DNA of 45,183 nucleotides from Deltaproteobacteria bacterium (GTDB lineage Bacteria; Desulfobacterota; GWC2-55-46; UBA9637): NCBI GenBank assembly GCA_016200645.1, contig JACQEJ010000051.1, positions 1 to 45,183 of the forward strand, read 5' to 3'. Shown piece by piece: positions 35,243 to 43,869 of this stretch (position 1 is its first letter; each line of letters starts with the position of its first letter). The notes under the pieces were generated by a model. It saw only the letters and a program-made list of their open reading frames with translations, ran no database searches and was not told where the DNA came from. The position numbers and the translations under genes were made by a program.

Positions 35243-35649
35243 ATCGGCTGGCTCCACTTGCTGCGAAGCAATTGCAAGTGGAAGATGTAAAATAGCGAAG
35301 TTTTTAATCGCTATTTTACGGACATGCTTTAAAATTGCAAAAGCCTGTGCAGTGTGGTATTTTTCAAACCTATGAACCCCGTTAGACCTTTTTTGTATAT
35401 TTACCCAAAAAATGCAGTTGCATTTTTTGGCAACCGCAATATTTTGTCAAATACTGCGTCAAATCAGGCCGTCCAAATACTCACATACTTAAAACAGTAT
35501 GCTCCGTTTTGTTCAGCCTGCTTTTCCTTGTCTTTGAGCAAAATCTTGCGGTTGTCCCGAAAAATAAAAACCAAATGCATTTTTCGGGTTTATGATGACG
35601 GTGTGCCTGATATACAAAAAGGGTTTGTCGGGGTCGGAGGTCTAACGGG

Positions 35650-37254
35650 GTGAGAATCGTTGATTCTGTCATAATGAGGCGTCTTGATGAGACGGCCATA
35701 AAGAAATATGGCATCCCCGGACTTGTGCTTATGGAAAATGCGGGAAGGGGTGTGGCTCAGATTGTTAAGAGGGATTTTGACGGCGGCTGTAGGGGCGATT
35801 CGGTGAATCGCCCTATTTTGGGCGACCCATTAGATCTCCCTTACAAAAATAAAAGGATTTCCATTTTTGCCGGCAAAGGGAACAATGGCGGCGACGGGTT
35901 TGTTGCTGCGAGGCATTTGAGCAACATGGGTTTCAAGGTTTCTGTGTATCTGCTTGCAAATCCAAAAGAGGTAAAGGGTGATGCAAAGACGAATCTGGAT
36001 ATATGGGAGAAGATGGGCGGCGAAACAAAATCAATTGTGTCGGCAAAAGATATTGAGAAATATAAATCGGCGATATTGCATTCCGCTTTGATTGTGGATG
36101 CGATCTTCGGCACAGGGCTTTCAGCAGAGGTTGACGGCATTCACAGGAATGTTATTGAGCTTATAAATGGCATCAATAAACCGGTTGTGGCAGTTGATGT
36201 TCCTTCCGGCCTTGATGCCTCAAACGGCAGGGTTCTCGGTTGTTGCGTGAAGGCAGCAGTTACGGCTGCGATGGCGATTGCCAAGATAGGGATTTTTGTC
36301 TATCCTGGCGCGGATTATGCAGGAAGGGTTGAAATAGTTGATATCGGGATGCCTCAGCAGCTTTTAGAAGATGAAAAAATCCTGTGGGAGCTTCTTGATA
36401 AAGAGGGCATAAAGAAAATCCTAAAGCCGCGAAAAGAAAACAGCCATAAAGGAAGTTACGGCCATGTCTTCGTTCTTGCCGGTTCTGCGGGCAAGACAGG
36501 CGCGGCTGCCATGACATCTTGCGGCGCAATGAGGAGCGGGGCAGGTCTTGTTAGTCTTGGCATTCCAAAAAGCCTCAATCCGATTATGGAACAAAAACTG
36601 ACCGAGGTTATGACACTGCCGCTTGCTGAATCAAGTTCGGGAATATTGGCTTATGAGGCTTTTGAAGATATCCTGTCGTTTGCCGTAGACAAAGAGGCTC
36701 TTGTCCTCGGCCCCGGTCTTACAACACATGAATCGGTGAGAAAGCTGGTTATAAATCTTATCAGCCGATCTCCTATACCTTTGGTCGTTGACGCTGACGG
36801 TATAAATTGTCTGGCGCAAGATGTGAAGGTTTTTAAAAAGGCGAAGGCGCATATTGTTATAACACCGCATCCCGGTGAAATGGCAAGACTGGCTGGTATG
36901 ACAACCAAAGATGTTCAGGCTGACAGAATCGGAATAGCCTCAAGATTTGCCAGAGAGAATAAAGTTATTGTTGTGCTGAAAGGCGCAAGAACTGTAATTG
37001 CAGAGGCATCCGGCAAGGTTTTTATAAACCCAACAGGAAATCCCGGAATGGCAACAGCAGGCACGGGCGATGTGCTGGCAGGCATGATAGGCGGGTTTAT
37101 AGCGCAGGGATACAGCCCGATTGATGCTGCGAATATGGCGGTTTATCTGCACGGCATGGCAGGGGATGAAGTTGCGAAGAAAAAGGGGCAGATTGGCATG
37201 ATGGCAACAGATATATTGGATGTTCTGCCTCAGACGATAAGCTCTTTTTACTAA
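35650..37254 (+). CDS. nnr: Bifunctional NAD(P)H-hydrate repair enzyme (epimerase / ADP-dependent dehydratase)
   Basis: 534 aa. YjeF_N motifs (LMENAGRGVA, GKGNNGGDGFVAARHL) and the carbohydrate-kinase C-terminal domain (HKGSYGHVFVLAGS..., GTGDVLAG). GTG start with GGAGG 8 nt upstream. Confidence 0.9.
   Translation: MRIVDSVIMRRLDETAIKKYGIPGLVLMENAGRGVAQIVKRDFDGGCRGDSVNRPILGDPLDLPYKNKRISIFAGKGNNGGDGFVAARHLSNMGFKVSVYLLANPKEVKGDAKTNLDIWEKMGGETKSIVSAKDIEKYKSAILHSALIVDAIFGTGLSAEVDGIHRNVIELINGINKPVVAVDVPSGLDASNGRVLGCCVKAAVTAAMAIAKIGIFVYPGADYAGRVEIVDIGMPQQLLEDEKILWELLDKEGIKKILKPRKENSHKGSYGHVFVLAGSAGKTGAAAMTSCGAMRSGAGLVSLGIPKSLNPIMEQKLTEVMTLPLAESSSGILAYEAFEDILSFAVDKEALVLGPGLTTHESVRKLVINLISRSPIPLVVDADGINCLAQDVKVFKKAKAHIVITPHPGEMARLAGMTTKDVQADRIGIASRFARENKVIVVLKGARTVIAEASGKVFINPTGNPGMATAGTGDVLAGMIGGFIAQGYSPIDAANMAVYLHGMAGDEVAKKKGQIGMMATDILDVLPQTISSFY
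35789..35845. repeat. GTAG-headed REP-like hairpin inserted in frame in nnr
   Basis: GTAG (35789-35792), then GGGCGATTC-ggt-GAATCGCCC (35793-35813). A possible outer pairing is TGTAGGGG with CCCTTACA (35838-35845). It encodes GCRGDSVNRPILGDPLDLPYKN just upstream of the conserved GKGNNGGDG loop. Confidence 0.65.
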
Positions 37255-37301
37255 TTTCCAATTTCCAATTACTAATGACCAATGACCAATTTATAACTGA
37301 T
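37253..37301. repeat. Intergenic heptamer array aatttcc aatttcc aattact aatgacc aatgacc aatttat aactgat
   Basis: Seven AATNNNN units between the nnr stop and the DMT transporter start. Confidence 0.85.
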
Positions 37302-38214
37302 GATGATTAACTCAAACAAAACTTTTTTATTCACTCTTCTCATGGTCATATCCATGACTATCTGGGGCGGAAGCTGGGTTTCGGCAAAGGCGATTGCCGA
37401 TACGCTGCCTCCGGAAACGCTCACCTTCTGGAGATTTCTTATCACCTTTCTCTCTCTATTCCCTGTCTTGTTTTTTCTGAAAGAACCGGCGCACCCCCGC
37501 ACCAAATCTTTTGGTGTGAGGGTAAAGCTCAACCGGCATGGTCTTGCCTATACGATTTTAGGCTCTATTTTTATGGGGCTTTACCTCTATGTGTTTTTTA
37601 AGGGATTGATATACGGCTTTGCCGGAGCAGCAGGCGTTCTTGTTACCACCATGATTCCGATCATCACCTTTGTCTTGTCAATCTTCTTTTTTAGGCGAAA
37701 GATGTCAGCCAGAGATTTTCTGGGATTGACCTTAGGCGTTATCGGAGGAGGCATACTCCTTCAAGTCTGGACGCTGGATCTGAACAAAATCTTTATGCAC
37801 GGAAATGTTTACTTTTTGCTTGGCGCAGTCTTGTGGGCGCTACTTACGATATGCAGCCAGAAGGCGGGCGATTCGGTCTCTCCGCTCTTTTTCAATCTTT
37901 TTACATCCGGCTTTTGCGCCCTGCTGTTCTTCTTTATTTGTTTGTCGCACGGAGCCTTATCCATTGCAGGAAAGAATCAGATTTTCTGGTTCAATATGAT
38001 ATATCTCTCTGTCATATCCAGCGGCCTTGCAACAACCATATATTTCTTTGCCTCAAGCCGTCTCGGTTCCCATAAGGCAAGCTCCTTTGTTTTTCTGGTT
38101 CCATCCAGCGCTGTTATTTTTAGCTGGCTATTCCTGGGGGAACAGCCCAGGGTATTGACGATTGCAGGCGGGTTAGTTGCCGCAGCTGCCGTATATTTGA
38201 TAAACATGAAATGA
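37300..38214 (+). CDS. DMT superfamily (EamA-like) transporter
   Basis: 304 aa and roughly 10 TM helices in two EamA-like halves. Confidence 0.75.
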   Translation: MMINSNKTFLFTLLMVISMTIWGGSWVSAKAIADTLPPETLTFWRFLITFLSLFPVLFFLKEPAHPRTKSFGVRVKLNRHGLAYTILGSIFMGLYLYVFFKGLIYGFAGAAGVLVTTMIPIITFVLSIFFFRRKMSARDFLGLTLGVIGGGILLQVWTLDLNKIFMHGNVYFLLGAVLWALLTICSQKAGDSVSPLFFNLFTSGFCALLFFFICLSHGALSIAGKNQIFWFNMIYLSVISSGLATTIYFFASSRLGSHKASSFVFLVPSSAVIFSWLFLGEQPRVLTIAGGLVAAAAVYLINMK

Positions 38215-38309
38215 GAAGGGTGTTAAGATCCCGCTGTGAAACAGAGAGGTGACAGGTGTTTGACTTTATACAATTGCTTTGTCAGTGTCCTGTGTAAAGA
38301 GAGGCATGT

Positions 38310-39005
38310 ATGATTGAAATGTATGTTATATATGGATTGCTTGCAGGCATTGCTACGCTCCTGGCCGGCCTGTTGCCGCTTTATATCAATTTCAGGGGCA
38401 TCCGATATATTATTGCCTTTGCCGCCGGCGTTGTTATTGCCACGGTTCTTTTGGATATCCTCCCTGAGGCAAATCTTAAAAAAGACGCATGGGTTGTGGC
38501 ATTGGGATTTCTCTCCTTTTATGTCATCGGAAAACTTGTGGTGCTTCATGCCTGCGGCGAGGCGGAGTGCGAGCAGCATTCAATTAACATGGTTTCTATA
38601 TTCGGGATGGCGATGGATAATATCGTTGACGGCATTGCCATAACTGTCGGGTATCTGACCAACCCGCATCTCGGACTCATAATAACCGTTGCGGTTATTA
38701 TCCACGAGATACCGCAGGATGTTACTTCAACAATTATTATGAAGAATCTGGGTTACAGCACCAGGAAAATGCTTTTCCCTATTTTATATGCAGCAGTCTC
38801 TTATCCTGTTGGCGCCTATGCAGCGGTTTATATACCTTCTGCATTTTACGAAACTATTATTGCATTTATTGCCGGCGCATTTATTTATATAGGCGTGGGC
38901 GATTTATTGCTGGAGGCTCACAAGAAATTTAATATAAAGGTAGTAATGTCCGTTCTTCTCGGTTTTGCGCTGTTGTTTGCGCTGGAAGCGGTTATGGGGC
39001 ATTAA
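38310..39005 (+). CDS. ZIP family metal cation transporter
   Basis: 231 aa polytopic protein. The IIHEIPQDVTS motif is typical of ZupT/ZIP. Confidence 0.75.
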   Translation: MIEMYVIYGLLAGIATLLAGLLPLYINFRGIRYIIAFAAGVVIATVLLDILPEANLKKDAWVVALGFLSFYVIGKLVVLHACGEAECEQHSINMVSIFGMAMDNIVDGIAITVGYLTNPHLGLIITVAVIIHEIPQDVTSTIIMKNLGYSTRKMLFPILYAAVSYPVGAYAAVYIPSAFYETIIAFIAGAFIYIGVGDLLLEAHKKFNIKVVMSVLLGFALLFALEAVMGH

Positions 39006-39014
39006 AGGAGAAGC

Positions 39015-40316
39015 ATGATAGAGAGATATTCCAGAAAAGAGATGTCAAAAATTTGGGAGCCGGAAAATAAATTCAAAAAATGGCTTGAGGTGGAGATTGC
39101 CGCGTGTGAGGCGTGGGCGCGGCTTGGCGAGATTCCCAAGAAATTGCTGGAGACCATCAAGGCCAAGGCGGATTTCAATATTCAGCGAATTGACGAAATC
39201 GAAAAAACCGTCAAGCACGATGTGATTTCTTTTCTCACATCGGTTGCCGAGTTTGTCGGGCCTGATTCCCGATATATCCATCGGGGGCTGACATCTTCCG
39301 ATATTTTAGACACATCCCTTGCGCTCCTTTTAAAAGAGTCGGCGGATTTAATTATTGCGGATATCAAAGGCTTGATGCAGGCGATAAAAAAGCGGGCGTT
39401 TGAGCATAAAGATACGGTGATGATTGGCCGCTCCCACGGTATCCATGCGGAGCCTATAACCTTCGGCCTCAAGATGGCGCTCTGGTATGAAGAGATGAAG
39501 CGCAATCTTGCGCGGATGCAGAGGGCAAAAGAGGTTATTTCCTACGGTAAACTTTCCGGCGCAGTCGGGACATTCGCCAATGTGCCGCCGTTTGTAGAGG
39601 AGTATGCGTGTAAAAAACTCGGACTCAAGCCCGCGCCCATCTCAACGCAGGTTATTCAGAGGGACAGGCACGCAGAATATTTTACAACACTGGCAATCAT
39701 CGCGTCGTCTATTGAAAAATTTGCAGTAGAGATACGGCATCTCCAGAGGACAGAGGTTCTGGAAGCAGAAGAGCCGTTTACTCTCGGCCAGAAAGGCTCA
39801 TCAGCCATGCCTCACAAGAGAAACCCTGTGTTGTCGGAAAACCTCACTGGCCTTGCGCGCCTTGTGCGGGGATATGCAAATGCAGCGATGGAGAATATCC
39901 CGCTGTGGCACGAGCGGGATATAAGCCATTCTTCCGTCGAACGGGTGATAGCGCCGGACGCCGCTATTCTTGTGGATTTCATGCTTGCAAGGATGACAGG
40001 GCTTGTCAAAGATTTAGTTGTCTATCCTGAAAATATGAAAGAGAATTTAAATAAACTCAAAGGTCTGCTCTTCTCCCAAACAGTCCTTATTGCGCTTACG
40101 GAAAAGGGCGTGAGCAGGGAAGATGCGTATCAGATGGTTCAGAGAAATGCCATGCGGGTGTGGAAGGAAAAGAAGGATTTTAAGGGTCTCCTGTTGAAAG
40201 ATAAAGAAGTGGCGGCGCGGCTTTCAAAAAAAGAGATTGAGAAGTGCTTTGACATCTCGAAACATGTGAAGAATGTGGATTATATTTTCAAGCGGGTGTT
40301 TGGCAAAAAGGTTTAA
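39015..40316 (+). CDS. purB: Adenylosuccinate lyase
   Basis: 433 aa. MIERYSRKEMSKIW, GLTSSDILDT, GSSAMPHKRNP signature. Confidence 0.95.
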   Translation: MIERYSRKEMSKIWEPENKFKKWLEVEIAACEAWARLGEIPKKLLETIKAKADFNIQRIDEIEKTVKHDVISFLTSVAEFVGPDSRYIHRGLTSSDILDTSLALLLKESADLIIADIKGLMQAIKKRAFEHKDTVMIGRSHGIHAEPITFGLKMALWYEEMKRNLARMQRAKEVISYGKLSGAVGTFANVPPFVEEYACKKLGLKPAPISTQVIQRDRHAEYFTTLAIIASSIEKFAVEIRHLQRTEVLEAEEPFTLGQKGSSAMPHKRNPVLSENLTGLARLVRGYANAAMENIPLWHERDISHSSVERVIAPDAAILVDFMLARMTGLVKDLVVYPENMKENLNKLKGLLFSQTVLIALTEKGVSREDAYQMVQRNAMRVWKEKKDFKGLLLKDKEVAARLSKKEIEKCFDISKHVKNVDYIFKRVFGKKV

Positions 40317-40355
40317 GGCTGAAGGGTCAAGGCGGAAGGTTAAAGGTCAAAAGGT
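40314..40355. repeat. Intergenic heptamer array aaggctg aagggtc aaggcgg aaggtta aaggtca aaaggtt
   Basis: Six AAGGNNN units starting at the purB stop codon. Confidence 0.8.
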
Positions 40356-40377
40356 TTATTTATAACGGAGGTCTTAC

Positions 40378-41082
40378 ATGAAACGGCTTGAGAAACTTTA
40401 CGAAGGCAAGGCGAAAATTCTTTACGCTACCGATAATCCCGATTTGTTGATACAATATTTTAAGGATGAGGCAACTGCATTTGACGGGAAAAAGAAGGGG
40501 ATAATCAAGGAAAAGGGGATATTGAATAACAAAATATCCTCCCGGATTTTTCAATATCTTGAAGACAAGGGCATTCCCACTCATTTTGTAGAGAGGCCGT
40601 CTGATAGGGAGATGGCGGTAAAAAAAATGCAGATCATCCCGATTGAGGTTGTTGTAAGAAATATAGCTGCAGGAAGCCTTGCCAAGAGGATGGGTGTGGA
40701 AGAGGGGACGCCGCTCAAAAAAACGATTCTGGAATTTTATTACAAGAGTGATCCGCTTGGCGATCCCATGATAAACGATTATCACATAGAGGCGTTCGGC
40801 CTTGCGCAGAAATTTGAGGCGGATGTGTTGAAAGAAATGGCCTTGGAGATAAACGGGTATCTCTCAAAGTTTTTTGACGAGCGCGGCATAACACTTGTTG
40901 ATTTCAAATTGGAGTTCGGACGGCATAAAGGACAGATACTACTCGGAGATGAAATCACGCCTGACGGATGCAGGCTCTGGGACAAGCAGACCAAAGAGAA
41001 GATGGACAAGGACAGATTCAGGCGCGATATGGGAAAGATAGAAGAGGCGTATCAGGAGGTTTGCCGGAAGGTGCTGGAATGA
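40378..41082 (+). CDS. purC: Phosphoribosylaminoimidazole-succinocarboxamide synthase
   Basis: 234 aa. LYEGKAKILY...FKDEATAFDGKKKG...IPIEVVVRN...DFKLEFG. Confidence 0.95.
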   Translation: MKRLEKLYEGKAKILYATDNPDLLIQYFKDEATAFDGKKKGIIKEKGILNNKISSRIFQYLEDKGIPTHFVERPSDREMAVKKMQIIPIEVVVRNIAAGSLAKRMGVEEGTPLKKTILEFYYKSDPLGDPMINDYHIEAFGLAQKFEADVLKEMALEINGYLSKFFDERGITLVDFKLEFGRHKGQILLGDEITPDGCRLWDKQTKEKMDKDRFRRDMGKIEEAYQEVCRKVLE

Positions 41083-41085
41083 TAA

Positions 41086-41157
41086 GCCCATAGCTGATGG
41101 CTCATAGCTCATAGTAAAATCTTTTGCTATCAGCCATGAGCTATGAGCTAATAGGCT
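41086..41157. repeat. Palindromic AGCTSAT heptamer array, sister of the element at 21967-22039
   Basis: The left arm tagctgatggctcatagctcatag and right arm ctatcagccatgagctatgagcta match at 20 of 24 positions when folded. Located directly after the purC stop. Confidence 0.8.
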
Positions 41158-41178
41158 ATCTTATCAGAGAGGTAAAAG

Positions 41179-42339
41179 ATGTCATTATATCAGCATAAAA
41201 AAGCTATCCTTGCGTTAGCAGATGGCGCTGTGTTTGAAGGTTATCCATTCGGCGCAGAAGGCGAGGCAATCGGCGAGGTGGTTTTCAATACCTCTATGGC
41301 AGGGTATCAGGAGGTTCTTACCGACCCGTCATATAAAGGCCAGATGGTTGCCATGACCTATACGCAGATTGGAAATTACGGGGTCAATGAGGAGGACTTA
41401 GAGTCAAATAAACTCTGGCTTGACGGTTTTATCGTCAAAGAATATTGCGACTATCCGAGCAGTTGGCGGTCAAAGGAAACCTTAGATAATCACCTTAAGC
41501 GCAATAAAATCGTTGGCATAAAAGGCATAGATACAAGGGCGCTTACAAGGTACTTGAGGGATAACGGCGCAATGAACGGCATTATATCAACCATAGATTC
41601 GAATCCAGCAAACCTGGTTAAAAAAGCACGAGAATTTCCTTCCATGGCAGGGCTTGACCTTGCAAAGGAGGTAACCTGCAAAGAGCCATACAGATGGGAG
41701 CAGGGATTGTGGGATTTGGGAAAGGGTTATTCACTCCGAACTCCGAACACCGGACTCCGAACTCATCGTGTGGTTGCCTTTGACTTTGGCATAAAATTCA
41801 ATATATTGCGAAACCTTATTAATGTTGGATGTGATGTGACAATTGTGCCGGCTTCAACATCTGCCGAAGATGTTTTAAAGATGAATACTGACGGCATATT
41901 CCTTTCCAACGGCCCAGGCGACCCCGATGCCGTCACTTACGCGATTGAGAATGTAAGAAAGCTGATTGGCAAGAAACCGATATTCGGCATCTGCCTCGGT
42001 CATCAGATACTCGGATTGGCTCTGGGCGGCAAGACTTATAAACTCAAATTCGGTCATCACGGCGGGAATCAGCCTGTCATGGATTTGACAACAAGAAGGG
42101 TTGAAATTACATCGCAAAACCACGGCTTTGCTGTTGATGTGGATTCGCTCAAAGGCATCGCGGAACTCACGCATATAAATCTGAACGACAAAACTGTCGA
42201 AGGTCTGGCGCATACAAAATTGCCGCTCTTCTCTGTGCAGTATCATCCCGAGGCATCTCCTGGGCCGCACGATTCTTCGTATCTATTCAGGCGCTTTGTT
42301 GACATGATGGAGGGTAAGTGGAGTTTCAAGAGTATATAG
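41179..42339 (+). CDS. carA: Carbamoyl-phosphate synthase small (glutaminase) subunit
   Basis: 386 aa. [25 protein letters not shown] (catalytic Cys), [14 protein letters not shown]. Confidence 0.95.
   Translation: MSLYQHKKAILALADGAVFEGYPFGAEGEAIGEVVFNTSMAGYQEVLTDPSYKGQMVAMTYTQIGNYGVNEEDLESNKLWLDGFIVKEYCDYPSSWRSKETLDNHLKRNKIVGIKGIDTRALTRYLRDNGAMNGIISTIDSNPANLVKKAREFPSMAGLDLAKEVTCKEPYRWEQGLWDLGKGYSLRTPNTGLRTHRVVAFDFGIKFNILRNLINVGCDVTIVPASTSAEDVLKMNTDGIFLSNGPGDPDAVTYAIENVRKLIGKKPIFGICLGHQILGLALGGKTYKLKFGHHGGNQPVMDLTTRRVEITSQNHGFAVDVDSLKGIAELTHINLNDKTVEGLAHTKLPLFSVQYHPEASPGPHDSSYLFRRFVDMMEGKWSFKSI
41732..41766. repeat. Heptamer array cactccg aactccg aacaccg gactccg aactcat in the carA interdomain linker
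   Basis: Read directly. It encodes [12 protein letters not shown] just upstream of VVAFDFGIK, and the frame is preserved. Confidence 0.8.
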
Positions 42340-42953
42340 AAAGGCTCAAAACAACTTTTATATCCGATGCGTATGCGGATGAGATAAAAAAAGCGAAGCA
42401 GGAATTTATTGCCCACGGAGGCGAACTCGGCAGCGAGATAGACGGATATGAGGAAGCCTTGGACATCTTCTTTGACTGGTATCTCTTTGAACGGCCTCAA
42501 CTGCGGGAAGGACTTACCCCGTTGATATTGTTCTCAAGGAGCAATGACCTTTCGGATGAAGATAGAAAGATATATTCAGACTTTTTAGGTTATACCCACT
42601 CCATATTCATTATAAGAAAGAGCGCTTCTAATGTTAAGGTGATGGATATGTTCACGAAGAAAAAATATTTGGTGGCAGGCGTCCCTGCGGCATTGCTGGA
42701 AAAGGGTGACATGGCGGAGGCCAGGCTCTTGTTGTTCCTGGGGGAATATAGGTTTTCAGGCGCTTTTTGCTTTTATCCTGAAAGCATACATTCAATTATC
42801 AAGACAGAGGCGGCGCAGGCAAGAAAGACAGGGGCGGAAAATTTTCCTCCTTTAATCACAAAGTTCAGAAGACTGAAAACCGTGTGGAGCAGATGTTCAA
42901 GAATGGATGTGAAAAAGATTTATACGCTCATGGAGGAAGGGCGGATTGCGTAA
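42318..42953 (+). CDS. Hypothetical protein
   Basis: 211-aa ORF with a GTG start overlapping the carA 3' end by 22 nt. No family recognised. Confidence 0.5.
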   Translation: MEFQEYIERLKTTFISDAYADEIKKAKQEFIAHGGELGSEIDGYEEALDIFFDWYLFERPQLREGLTPLILFSRSNDLSDEDRKIYSDFLGYTHSIFIIRKSASNVKVMDMFTKKKYLVAGVPAALLEKGDMAEARLLLFLGEYRFSGAFCFYPESIHSIIKTEAAQARKTGAENFPPLITKFRRLKTVWSRCSRMDVKKIYTLMEEGRIA

Positions 42954-42975
42954 AAAATATTCGGGAGGTTGACCA

Positions 42976-43281
42976 ATGAAAACAGAGATTGTGATTAATG
43001 AAAAGATTAAAAACATTATTCGGGAGCTTGAATTTAAAGGGGTTGAAGATTTGATAAAAGACACGGTCATGACGGAGATTGTTTGCAAGGTCTCTAATTT
43101 TTCCGAAGAGGTGGAGCATTTTGAGAAAAAGTATGGCAAAGGATTCGATGACTTTAATAGAGAATATGAGGCAGGGGAAGAGAATTTCTCGCAATATGAC
43201 GACCTGATGGCATGGAAATTTGCACAAGAGGGAAAGGTCTACTGGGAAGATAAACTGAAAGAGTTGAAGAATGTTTTATAA
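42976..43281 (+). CDS. Hypothetical acidic protein; candidate partner or antitoxin of the downstream TumE-like gene
   Basis: 101 aa, Glu/Lys-rich and predicted helical. It overlaps the next ORF by 11 nt (translational coupling). Confidence 0.5.
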   Translation: MKTEIVINEKIKNIIRELEFKGVEDLIKDTVMTEIVCKVSNFSEEVEHFEKKYGKGFDDFNREYEAGEENFSQYDDLMAWKFAQEGKVYWEDKLKELKNVL

Positions 43282-43642
43282 GACAATAGAGGAGTTTTCA
43301 GATATCGTCGCCAGCTTCTCTGTTTTGGAACACAAGAGATACGGTTCCGGCATGTCATTTGCGGCGAAGGTTCGGTTTGTAAACGAATCTGTTCTGCATA
43401 TCAGAGACTATCTCTTTTTGGACGGCAGAAGGAAATATTCTTATCACTGGCAGGATGTTGAAGGCAATCTGATATCAAGATGGGATAATTCTCCTCACCA
43501 CAAGGAAGTCCCGACTTATCCGCACCACAGACATATTTCCGGCGAAATAACGGAATCACATGAATGGACCCTCAGGGATATATTAAAGGTGATAAGCGAT
43601 AGGATTGGGATAAGTGAGAAGAAAAATAAAAACGACTCGTAA
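43271..43642 (+). CDS. TumE-like (DUF6516) toxin-antitoxin system toxin family protein
   Basis: 123 aa. YSYHWQD...ISRWDNSPHHKEVPTYPHHRH matches the YxYHY...RYDNxxHH...PHHKH pattern I recall for TumE/DUF6516. Confidence 0.6.
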   Translation: MFYKTIEEFSDIVASFSVLEHKRYGSGMSFAAKVRFVNESVLHIRDYLFLDGRRKYSYHWQDVEGNLISRWDNSPHHKEVPTYPHHRHISGEITESHEWTLRDILKVISDRIGISEKKNKNDS

Positions 43643-43869
43643 GCAGTGCAGCCTATATGGGCTTGTGTCCCCCCTCTGGAGGTGGGCAGGGGGAGGATGC
43701 TCCTGCAATGACAGATGAGCAGTATGTTTGGTTTCATCACCCAACGGTATTTGAATTATGACGGAAAAAAAAGAGCGATAATGCAACTCCGTTTGCCGCT
43801 GACGATTACGATGTCAATGTCAGAAAAACTATTCCCTACTACGATCTGTTTCACGATGAAACCATCGGC

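Noticed and set aside
35066-35714. Short ORFs 35066..35290, 35354..35653, 35017..35277(-) and 35481..35714(-) in the hairpin-rich region
   Set aside because: They have no RBS and no family resemblance, and each is riddled with the inverted repeats. The region is treated as non-coding.
41590-41610. tRNA T-arm-like string agattcgaatccagc
   Set aside because: It lies inside the well-supported carA ORF, and no acceptor or anticodon stems can be drawn around it. No tRNA was found anywhere in the window.
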